Positions 37,501-48,032 of a stretch of 64,000 nucleotides of DNA are shown piece by piece (the stretch's first letter is position 1; each line of letters starts with the position of its first letter). The notes under the pieces were generated by a model, which worked only from the letters and a program-made list of their open reading frames with translations, searched no databases and was not told where the DNA came from. Position numbers and translations under genes: made by a program. This stretch comes from Mobula hypostoma (Eukaryota), in assembly GCF_963921235.1 (NCBI RefSeq), contig NC_086123.1, forward strand, positions 4,526,001 through 4,590,000, written 5' to 3'.

Positions 37501-37899
37501 AGACAGGTATATGGAGGAATTTAAGGTGGGTTGTTATATGGGAGGCAGGGTTTAAGGGTCGGCACAACATTGTGGGCTGAAGGGTGTGTACTGTGCTGTA
37601 GTATTCTATGTTCTATTTGTGGGGTAATTGATCTAGGTCTATTTATCAACGCCTGCTGATTTTCAGTTACAGTCTGTGATGATAGCTGTTTAGTTTACTG
37701 AGGGTGAAGAACAATGATTCACATCTATTGGTAATGGATTAGGGGTCCCTGGATCTATGGGGTTAGTAATTTGACATGGTATATTGACTAAGTCTGGTTA
37801 TTGTATAGGGTCTGTGGGGTTACTTATGCAGTTTGCTAGTTATAGATTGGTAGGGTTATTGAGATTAGGTTTTTTGAGATTATTGTCTCAGTCTGCTGG

Positions 37900-38320
37900 T
37901 TTTCGCCGTGGGTGTGTGGGGTTATTGATCCATTCTGCAGTTTTCGCCGAGGGTGTGTGGGGTTACCAATTCAGCCTGCCGTTCACTGAGTCACTCCCCG
38001 CGGTGTTTGCAGTCTCCGGCCGGGTTTCGGGCCTCAGAGCTGTTCCCTCCCCATGGGGCGGGGCCACGAGCCAGGGCCGAGCCTTCCCTTCCCTTCCCTT
38101 GACCGCTGCCGGGATGTGGGGCCTCGGTCGGTGGGTGCTGCTACCGGCATGGCTTCGGCCTGCCCGGGCGGCGATTCCTTGGGCTGCAGGAGGAACGGGA
38201 CCGGCCGGCACCGAGGAGGCGGCTGCGGCGTCCGTGCTTCAACAGAGGCGGAGCAAGGTAGGGCAGGCCGGCCGGAGGATGGGGCCTCGTCCCGGGAGGG
38301 AGGAACCTGCCGCCTCCGTT
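37900..38320 (+). promoter_or_regulatory. GATC CpG-island promoter
   Basis: CpG-rich. Perfect GC box GGGGCGGGGC at 38055-38064. TGAGTCA at 37987-37993. Confidence 0.7.
38114..38257 (+). CDS. GATC: Glutamyl-tRNA(Gln) amidotransferase subunit C, mitochondrial, exon 1 of join(38114..38257,41495..41545,42679..42839,47929..48032,52567..52613), 168 aa
   Basis: MWGLGRWVLLPAWLRPARAA...QQRRSK, presequence-like, in a CpG island. Donor AAG|GTAGGG, phase 0, in frame with the downstream exons. Confidence 0.8.
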
Positions 38321-38706
38321 CTCCCACATCTCTCTCCTTCTCCACCCTCCATCATCTCTCCTCATCCCCTCCCCTCTCTCCTCATCCCCTCCATCACCTC
38401 TCCTCATCCCCTCCATCACCTCTCCTCATCCCCTCCATCACCTCTCCTCATCCCCTCCATCACCTCTCCTCATCCCCTCCATCACCTCTCCTCATCCCCT
38501 CCATCACCTCTCCTCATCCCCTCCATCACCTCTCCTCATCCCCTCCATCATCTCTCCTCATCCCCTCCCCTCTCTCCTCATTCCCCTCCCCTCTCTCCTC
38601 ATTCCCCTCCCCTCTCTCCTCATTCCCCTCCCCTCTCTCCTCATTCCCCTCCCCTCTCTCCTCATCCCCTCCATCATCTCTCCTCATCCCCTCCCCTCTC
38701 TCCTCC
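38319..38706 (+). repeat. G-free pyrimidine-rich minisatellite (20-22-bp units) in GATC intron 1
   Basis: (CATCCCCTCCATCACCTCTCCT)x7 at 38383-38536, then variants including (CATTCCCCTCCCCTCTCTCCT)x4 at 38579-38662. Confidence 0.95.
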
Positions 38707-39629
38707 GTGACCTGTCGGCCGACCATCGGTAGAAATTGCTGCTTTTGGCTTCACCCCCTTCAAGGCAGTCCCTGAAAACCGAGAAGGACTTTTATTTCCA
38801 CCCCGATGGGAATCTTGGAGGGGAGATGGAGCATTGTAGCAAGGGAGATTGAAAGATGCAATGGGACAATGAGACACATTTCTGCAGTCAGCCTGATTTG
38901 AAGATGTTGATGCCTCACATTCTTCCTGACTGATGAAATTTGCGTGTTAATAAGCTGCTATCACAGTGCATTTGAAGAGATGGATTCTACACTGTGGGGA
39001 ACAGTTGTTCAGCCATTGGGAGGGTCACAGCAATGACTTTCCAGTCACAGCCTCTGTAATCACCATAATCAGACTTTCTCGAAGATGGTCACGATTATGG
39101 TGTCTCTGAGATTCCTCTGTCATGTCCTCCTCTTCCCAGTTTTTCACTTGTATAGGGCATTTTAAAATTCTTGCCACATATGGTGGCAAGGCTGGAACAG
39201 ATAATTACTGTGGGACGGTGTCGAGGTTGGAGCTACATTTGAGTTTACCATATGTGGTAGGATGTTTCTGTTCTCCAGGATTACTGAAGTATTGTAGAAC
39301 ACACCTTCCCTGTAGGTGTACCCGTAACAGATCCTTCTGTACGACCGCTAACAGAACATTACACTTCCACCCACCTCCAGACTTGGTGTTTGTATTGTCA
39401 CTTACAATTTTGTGCACCTGCCATTTTCCACTGTGTTACACTTCATCCCGTCCACAAAATACCAGCCAATTAGCAGGACTGAAAATATTCTCTAGGCCAA
39501 TTTCCCTTACTTCATTAGGGCTTCATTCCCTGCTTGTTGCTGGATCCAGATAACCACTTGAATTTCTGATGCACAGAAAGTCCGTGGGCTGGCTGGTGGT
39601 AACTGGGGTTTGTTTAAGTAATTGCAACC

Positions 39630-40300
39630 TCAGGAAGACCAAGCAATTGATGGTGGACTCCTGAAAGGGGAAGTTGAGAGAACTCACACCAGTCCTCTTT
39701 GAAGTGTCGGCGATGGAAAGCTTCAAGTTCCTTGGTGTCAACATCTTAGGGGAGCTGTCCTGGACCTAATGCATTGTTAAAATCATGAAGAAGGCATGCC
39801 GGTATCTATATTATATTAGGAGTTTGAGGCGATTTTGTAAAAAAGACTCTAGCAAGTTTCTGTATATTTACAGTTGAGAGCATTCTGACTATGCATTTCA
39901 GCCTGGTATGGAGACTCGATGCACAGGATCAAAAGAGGCTGCAGATTGTAAACTCAGCCAGTTCCATCACTAAGAACATCTTTAAAAGGTGGTGCTTCAA
40001 GGAAGGCATCTGTCATGGGGGCCTTCACCACCCTGGGCATGCCCTCTTCTCATTACCCCCAGAGGGCAGAGATACAGGAACCGGAGAACCCAAGCTCAGC
40101 GTTTTAGGAACAGCTTCTTTCCCTCCACCTTCAGATTTCTGAACGGTCCATGAACCCCAGAACACAACCTTGCTATTCCTCTTTCGCATAACTTGTTAAT
40201 AATTGTAACTGAAAGTACCGTCATTTTATTTGCCTTGCACTGTGCTGCTGGCACAAAACAACAAATTTCACAACATTTGTCAGTGGTGATAAACCTTATT
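39630..40300 (+). mobile_element. Rex1/Babar LINE fragment
   Basis: KQLMVDS..., FKFLGVNI, HHPGHALFSLP, plus 3' tail. Confidence 0.7.
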
Positions 40301-40547
40301 CGGCTTGATGGCGAGCCAAGGGACCTGCTTCCACTCTGTATGACTGTGGTTCAAACTGTGGCGTAGTTCTCCCATTGCACAAAGGCACAAGCTCCTTTGT
40401 CCTTCCATTAACAAGTAGCGAGGACTGGTTTAGTCAACCGTTTCGCCAGTTGTGTTCTCAATACTGACGAGGTTTGCTGCCGGAACTGCTGAGTTCCTTC
40501 AGCGTTTTGTGTGTGTTACTCTGGATTGCCATCGTCTGCAGAATCTT

Positions 40548-41225
40548 TATACTTCATTGTCGCCAAACAATTGATACCAGAGCGTACAATCATCACAGCG
40601 ATATTTGATTCTGCTCTTCGTGCTCCCTGGAGTACAAATCGATAGTAAATATTACAATTTTAAATTATAAATCATAAATAGAAAATAGAAAAGGGAAAGT
40701 AAGGTAGTGCAAAAAAAAACCGAGAGGCAGGTCCGGATATTTGGAGGGTACGGCCCAGATCCGGGTCAGGATCCATTCAGCAGTCTTATCACAGTTGGAA
40801 AGAAGCTGTTCCCAAATCTGGCCGTACGAGTCTTCAAGCTCCTGAGCCTTCTCCCGGAGGGAAGAGGGACGAAAAGTGTGTTGGCTGGGTGGGTCGTGTC
40901 CGTGATTATCCTGGCAGCACTGCTCCGACAGCGTGCAGTGTAAAGTGAGTCCAAGGATGGAAGATTGGTTTGTGTGATGTGCTGCGCCGTGTTCACGATC
41001 TTCTGCAGCTTCTTCTGGTCTTGGACAGGACTTCCATACCAGGTTGTGACGCACCCTAGAAGAATGCTTTCTACGGTGCATCTATAAAAATTAGTGAGGG
41101 TTTTAGGGGACAGGCCAAATTTCTTTAGTTTTCTCAGGAAGTAAAGGCACTGATGGGTCTTCTTGGCAGTGGACTGTGCTTGGTTGGACCAAGTCAGGTC
41201 ATTTGTGATATTGACCCTGAGGAGC
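40548..41225 (-). mobile_element. Relatively young Rex1/Babar LINE 3' fragment
   Basis: LPSLDSLYTARCRSSAARII.DTTHPAN.LFVPLPSGRRLRSLKTRTARFGNSFFPTVIRLLN. Confidence 0.88.
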
Positions 41226-41494
41226 TGAATCTCTTGTGTTTATCATGTTCTTAATATTTTTTTAAAATATTTGCACAGTTTGTGTCTTTTGCATTTTGGG
41301 TATTTGCCAGTCATTGTTTGTATTTTTAAAAATTCTCTTGTATTTCTTAATTGTTCCTGTAAATGCCTGCAAGAAACTGAATTTCCAGGTTGTATATGGT
41401 GACATATATGTACTTTGATAATAAATTTACTTTGAACACCATGAGCACTTGCAGTTGGTATTCTGTTAATTATTATTATTCTCAATCTTCATAG

Positions 41495-41545
41495 GTGCCC
41501 AGGAGTCCAACCTGGAAGCCCAGTGAGTTCAGCCAGCCTCCGGAG
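41495..41545 (+). CDS. GATC: GATC exon 2 (51 nt)
   Basis: VPRSPTWKPSEFSQPPE. Acceptor ttcatag|, donor GAG|GTAAGC, phase 0-0. Confidence 0.75.
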
Positions 41546-42074
41546 GTAAGCAAGCTGCAGCGGATTCTGAAAGTAGCTGAAAACCAGTCGTCGTGACTCT
41601 GCTACAGGATTGGCAGCAAGAACGGAGGTTTTATTACGTTGATCCCATTGCTGCATTTCTGAAGTGGGGGTAGGATTGCGGCAATCGGATCCCTTTTGGA
41701 GGAGGAGGGAGCCGGCCCGTAAACTGTGTGTCCATTGTTGATTGCACTGTAGCAATCGCTGCCTGAAATTCACGTGCATACAGCCTGGCCTTGGGTCTGT
41801 ATAGTCAGCCTGTAGATGCAACCTGTCAAGAACAGCACAGGAAGACTGCTTGTACACGAGGGGTGCAAGACGCCCGATGATAGAACCTGTTAGGTAATCG
41901 GTGTCATTGGAGTCAGAGTGGGACTTTTTTGGAGGTCTCCTATATAGGAACACTTTGGGCAAAGGGGTCAGCAAGGAAATGGCAGGCTGAAGAACAACTG
42001 TACAACCCTGAGTCCAGGGACTCTGTCTTCACCACGTTAGCTTGATATACACAGTTTAAAGTGCTTCACAATGT

Positions 42075-42550
42075 CTGCAGAAAGTGGTGGATATGGCCCA
42101 GCCCATCACGGGAGAAACCCTCCCCACCACTGTGCACATTTACAAGGAGCGCTGCCTCAGGAAAGCAGCATCCATCATCCATGCCATGCTCTCTTCTCGC
42201 TACCTCCATCGGGCAGAGGGTACAGAAGCCTTAAGTCCCACACCACCAGGTCCAGGAACAGTTATTACCCGACAACCATCAGGCTCCTGAACCAGCGTGG
42301 ATATCTTCACTCACCTCAACTCTGAACTGATTCTGCAACCCACAGACTCTCTCTCTGGGGCTCTTTACAGCCCGTGTTCTCAGTGGTTTTTTTTATTGAC
42401 TTATTTTGCACACTGGTTGGTTGTCAGTATTTATGTATAGTTGTTTTCATTAATTCTGTTGCATTTCTTTATTTTCCTGTTGATGCAAGAAAATAAATCT
42501 CAAGGAGCTTATGGTGACATGTATGTACTTTGATAATAAATGTACTTTAA
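42075..42550 (+). mobile_element. Rex1/Babar LINE 3' fragment
   Basis: IYKERCLRKAASII and HALFSLPPSGRGYRSL...NSYYPTTIRLLN. Confidence 0.8.
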
Positions 42551-42678
42551 CTGGTGGGAGATGGTGGGGCTGCTTGATGATCAGCCCAGGCTTAGTTCTC
42601 AGTGTGCTACAGTCTGCTGATTTTGGGGTTGGGATGTTACACTAATGAGCTCCATTTCTTTACCTGGAAAAACTGTAG

Positions 42679-42839
42679 GTATCCATGGAGATGGTCGACC
42701 ACCTGGAGCGCCTGGCACTTGTAGATTTTCGGAATCAGGAAGGAGTGCAAAGACTGGCAAGTGCCATACAATTTGCCAACCAGCTGCATGTTGTTGACAC
42801 TGAGGGAGTGGAGCCCATGGACTCAGTACTGGAGAATCG
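42679..42839 (+). CDS. GATC: GATC exon 3
   Basis: [54 protein letters not shown], with the GatC signatures LERLALVDF and VDTxGVEPM. Confidence 0.95.
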
Positions 42840-43510
42840 GTAACAGCTGCCTCTTAATATATGATTGTAAAGTGGTTGTCTATTTGTAAATCTATAGACA
42901 CAAATGCTTTAGGATAAAGATGCAACTCCTTGGTGATACTCAGCAAATCAAACAGAATACACGGAAAGAGAATTGGTTAACCTTTCATGATCTGCAGGAT
43001 GGTGGCATTGGTACACTATATGTTCTAGATTAGGATGTCGAGAGTGTTAAGGAGAAATCTTTCCATAGAGGATTATGCATCTTTGAATTCTCTAGCCGAA
43101 AGAACTGAGGAAGCTGAATCATAAAATGTATTCAACGCTGAGACAGATTTTTGAAATACTGGGGAGTCACAGGTTATGGGGAACAAGCAGGTAAGTGGAA
43201 CAGCAACCTAGATCTGAGCAGCAACCAAGGTCAGAGCAATCTTGAACGGAGGCAGAAGCTGAAGTGGTTATGTAGTCTATTCCTATACCTCCTGAGAAAT
43301 CATCTTACCAGCAGCTTCTCAGGGCCAGTTTGGGATGACGGATGAACACAGACCTCGACAGAGACACCTCTATCCTGAGAGAAACTGCCTGCACTTAAGC
43401 AGCGTGATCTTGGTATAGACTTTTTGCACTGTCTTTCATTAGAGTTGTGGAGAACTGTGAAATACTCTTGAATTTGGACCTAGTGCTTTCCTGGCGTACA
43501 GGTATATGAT

Positions 43511-43626
43511 GAATAAGCTCTTCTCGGGCTTCCAGACAGGTACAGATATCGATTATAACTGATGTTTTGAAATGTTGGTTCTAATTGATATCTGTACTTG
43601 GCTGGAAGCCTGAGAAGAGTTTATTC
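43511..43626. repeat. Imperfect ~58-bp-arm palindrome (Penelope/MITE-like)
   Basis: gaataagctcttctcgggcttccag...gatatcgatta pairs with taattgatatctgtacttggctggaagcctgagaagagttttattc. Confidence 0.7.
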
Positions 43627-44679
43627 TTGAATTTGTTTTGATTTTGAAAGAGATGCTGGGGAATTTTGAACTATGCTGGAGAGAGTGCAGAGGAGATTCA
43701 CCAGGATATTTGCCAAATTAGAGGACTTAAGTTATGGGGAGAGATTGGTTAGGTTGAGCTGGTTTTCCCTGATGCAGAGGAGGCTGAAGGCTGAGCTGAC
43801 AGAGGTATATAAATTTATAAGATGCATGTACAGAGCAGACAGAATTATAGGCAACATGGTAGCGTAACACTACAGCGACAATGACCTGCGTTCAATACTG
43901 TAGTGTATTTATCATTTCAGTAATATTTGGGTAACATTGTAAATATATTGTTTGATTGAGCACTCTTTGTTTACATAGTTCATTATGGGTTATATGTAAA
44001 AGTACTCGAAATGTCCAAGTCATACGTGAATGCCTCACTAAAGAAAAGAAACTAAGTACAGATGCATCCCGACTCCCGTGATTTTCTTTTAATCAGCTCT
44101 AGAGTTATGAAATATAACAAAACAACCGCTGTCTGTAAGGACATTCTCTCGTGATCAAGTGGGTTTCCTCTGGGTGTAATTGGGCATCGCGAGCTCATTG
44201 GGCTAGAAGGGCCTTTTAATGTGCTGAACTAAAACAGTCAGAATTATTTCCTCCATTGAAGGGGTATCAAAACAAGAATATTCGAGTTTAAGGTGAGAGG
44301 AAGAAATGTTAAAGGGGATTTGAGTGGGGAAGGTTTTGACACAGCGGCTTTGCCAGAGAAGGTGGTGGAATCAGATACGTTTGTATTGTTTGACAGATAA
44401 CTGGAGTAGGCGCGGTATAGCATACCAAACTAATGTAGGCAAATGGGATTAGTGTGGGTGGGCAAGAAGGTGAGTCTGGACATGTGGGCTGAAGGGCCAT
44501 TTCTCTGTTGTATAAATCTACAACTGTATTGCAGTCAAAAGAATTGTTTGTTTATGTGATGGGCCTCATGACCTTTTAGCTAGAGAAACTAAGAGAACAC
44601 AGTGCTATTCACAGTCGGTTAGAAGCGAAATGGCATTTACTGTTGGTGCTGCACAGCATCCCAGAACCTTTCTTTTCTT

Positions 44680-44870
44680 AGAGGTACAGCACGGTAACTG
44701 GCCCTTTTGACTCAATGAGCCCACGCTGCCCGTTTACGCATTAACTTACTAACTCCTACATCTTTGAGGAAATTGGAGCACCCGGAGGAAACCCACGCGG
44801 TCACGGGGAGGACGTACAAACTCCTTACAGACCGCAGCGGGAATCGAACCCAGGTTGCTAGGACTGTAGT
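44680..44870 (-). mobile_element. V-SINE (HE1-like)
   Basis: ggagcacccggaggaaacccacgcggtcacgggg is the reverse complement of the V-domain. A similar copy lies at ~60560-60805. Confidence 0.75.
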
Positions 44871-46054
44871 GTATTTGATTGCACTAAAGATCTAATTGAG
44901 GTGCAAAGAAACAAGGAGTATTCCAATGACTCGTTAATCCTAAATCCTGCATCCAGGTAAATTTCTTGTAATTTACAATTTCTAATCCGTTGCAGAGAAT
45001 TTGCCAGCCTTGGGTAGAGAGGAACAGAAGTTGCTACAAATGCTTGGCAGATCAGACAGTATCTGCAGCAAGATTTAGTGCCTCAGGTCAATGACCATTT
45101 GACAATACTGAAAACAGTTTTAGATGTGATAGAGGTACAGAAAGAGAACTGGGGAGAGGGGGGTGGGGATGTAAATTGCAAAAGAGAAAATCTGTAACCA
45201 AATGGAAATGGCTAAAGGGAAAAATAAGCCTGCAATGAGAAGATAAAGAAACAAGTAGAAAATAACAAACCGAGAGCCATTGCCAGTAGCCACTGTCTGG
45301 TTATAGCTATAATATTTGAATGATTTTAGTTTAAAAGTCCAGTTTTTAACATATATTGGGATGTGTATATTGGTGTGCACAACTACCGGTCATGGGTTAA
45401 GGGTGAAAGGTGAAATGTTTAAGGAGAACATGTTCACTCAGAGGGAGATGAGACTGGAATGAGTTGCTGGTGGAAGTGGTGGATGAAGGTTTGATTTCAA
45501 CATTTAGGAGAAGTTTGGGTAAATACATGGATGGGAAGGGTATGGAGGGCTATGGTCCACATGCAGGTCGATGGGACTAGGCAGAATAATAGTTCAGCAT
45601 GGACTTGATGGGCCAAAGGGCCTGCTTCTGTACTCTATGTCTATGACACCATGACTCTAACCTTTGCAATGTTAGAAAATGTGTGAAAAGAGTCCGTTTT
45701 TGTAGATGGTGCTGTAAGCACTAGGTTGTCTTTTACATATCTGCGAAGGTAGTTCAGGGAATTTCCTTTATTTTACCAGTAGCCACCTGTGCACTTTAAC
45801 TATTGATATCTACAATATCTCGATCTTGTTTTCCTGAACCTCTGAAGGCAAATTAAACCAAATAGCACTTCTTAATTAGTCTTGACATCATCAAGGCTTT
45901 CAGCTTCTTTGCATACAGTCTACCCTGTTCTGGTTGTCAGTGTGGTGCACACTCTCCTCACTAATGTTAGCAGTAACACCTCCCAGAGCTATACTGAAGT
46001 TTACAGGGTCTACAGCATCGAATATTCATTAGTGAATTTACTGCTCTTAGTTTC

Positions 46055-47840
46055 AGGGAACTACAGGCCGGTTAGCCTGATGTCAGTGGTGGGGAAGTTA
46101 CAGGAAGGTATTCTGAGGGATAGGATCTACTAGCATTTGGGTAGACAGTCAGATTAGCTGGAGTCAACATGGCTCTGTGCATGGAAAACTGTGCTCGATT
46201 ATCCTTTTAAAGTTCCTTGAAGAGGTAGGCAAAAAAGGTAGATGAGGTAGTGGATGTTGTCCATATAGACTTTAGCACGGGCTTTGACAAGGTCCCACAT
46301 GGTATGCTGATTTGGAAGATTAGATCCCATGGAAACCATGGAGAATTTGTTAAGCAGATTCACAATTGGCTCAGAGATAATTGAACGTTGTTTCTTGGAA
46401 TGGGGCTGGTGACTTGGGGGTATGCTACAGGGATCACTGCTAGGACCCTTATTATTTGATATTTGTATATACAGTTTAGATGTGAATGCGCAGGGCTGAT
46501 CAGTAAATTTGCAGGTGTCATGATATTGGGCTGCATCACCATCTGGTTTTGGGGTGGGGGGCCTTAGAAAGTTGGCATCCATCATTAAGGACCCCCACCA
46601 CCCAGTTCGTGCCCTCTTTTCATTGCTACCGTCGGGAAGGAGGTATCGAAGCCTGTAGGCACACACTTGGCGATTCACGACAAATTTCACGACATATGCT
46701 GGTGATATTAAACCTGATTCCGATTCTATTGCTGATGGTGAAGGACATTACCATAGATTACAAGGGTGATCTTGATCAATTCGTGAAATGGGCTGAGGAG
46801 TTTAAAATAGATTTCAATACAAATAAGAGTGAGATGATGCATTTTGGAACGTCAAACCAATGTAGAGTTGTACTATGAATGGTAGTTGTAAGTGGTGTAA
46901 TGAAACATAGAGACCTAATAGTACAAGTGCATGGTTATTTGGAATTGATAGAGTGGTGAAAAGGTTATTTAGCATGCTGGTCTGCATCGGTCAGGACACA
47001 CTGTTTAGCAAAGATGTGGTTAAAATGGAGAATGCAGAAAAGATTTGGATGGATATTGCCAAGACTAGAAGGTATTAGATCCACAGAGTTCTTCAGAAGT
47101 TAAGAATGAAGCCCACATCTTATGGTTACAGTCATTTATTAGATGTTCATCATAGTATGGGTCAGACAGGGTCTGATGAAGGCAAGGCAAGTAAGAAGTA
47201 AGTAACAGCAACTTAGGCATATGCTTTCTTTTTATACTGCAAACCACCTGGACTGGTTTAGATGAAGAATCTGTTTAGCAGGTGCTGACTGAATCACATT
47301 TCAGCTTTGCAGATGAGACTACAGAAGTTTAGAATCAAATGCATTACAAGTTACTAAAAGTTTATAGGAAAAATAGATGATTATACAAACATGTAAGCAA
47401 TCGAAATGCAAAGGCTAAAACTCCAAGGAAAAACAGTAAAAACAATCTGGATCCTAATCCAAAGTGGGATAGGCTGGGTTTTTATTCCTTGACACGTAGA
47501 TTGGGAGTGACCTTATAGAAATGTTGAAAATCATGATGGATCGTAGCAGTCTTTTCCCCAGGGTAAGGGAGTTTAGAACTAGGGGGCATAGGTTTAGGGT
47601 AAAAGGGAAAAGATTTTAAAGGGAACTGAGGGGCAACTTTTTCACCCAGAGGATAGTGAGTATATGGAATGAGCTGCCAGAGGAAGTGGTTGAGGCAGGT
47701 AGAGTCATATCATTTAAGAAGCACTTGGATATATACATGTCAGAGTGGGGTTTAGAGGAATATAGGCTTAAATTGGGTCTAATTGGGTGGGCACTATGGT
47801 CAGCCAAACAACCCAAATCCATGCTCTATCGCTCTGACTC
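46055..47840 (+). mobile_element. Fragmented CR1 LINE pieces with nested Rex1/Babar piece
   Basis: GNYRPVSLMSVVGK, DFS..FDKVPH, IWNELPEEVVEAG. Confidence 0.7.
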
Positions 47841-47928
47841 TAAGATGGATACCGAGTCAAGTATAAGCTATCGAAAAAGAACCATTCAATTATATTACAA
47901 GTATATTTATTTATTTCCCCCCACATAG

Positions 47929-48032
47929 GCCTTTGTATCTGCGTGCGGATGAAGTCACAGATGGTTACTGCACAGAGGCGGTCTTGAGCAATGCAAGGCA
48001 AGTTGTAGAGGAATACTTCGTGGCACCTCCAG
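47929..48032 (+). CDS. GATC: GATC exon 4
   Basis: [35 protein letters not shown]. Phase 2 to 1, AG/GT boundaries. Confidence 0.95.

Noticed and set aside
38319-38706. Regular repeat array as a possible CRISPR
   Set aside because: No unique spacers and a eukaryotic context; it is a simple minisatellite.
37784-38775. Longest ORFs in the track (308 aa and 240 aa) and antisense ORFs over the same region
   Set aside because: They stay open because of the GC-rich island and the stop-free minisatellite. Only 38114-38257 is coding (GATC exon 1).
42679-42686. GTATCC resembling a U12-type 5' splice site
   Set aside because: It is the first codons of GATC exon 3 and lacks the full GTATCCTT consensus.
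43899-44119. TG...CA block splitting a V-SINE (similar block at ~29890-30236)
   Set aside because: Possibly solo LTRs, but the TSDs are not clean enough to list as supported features.
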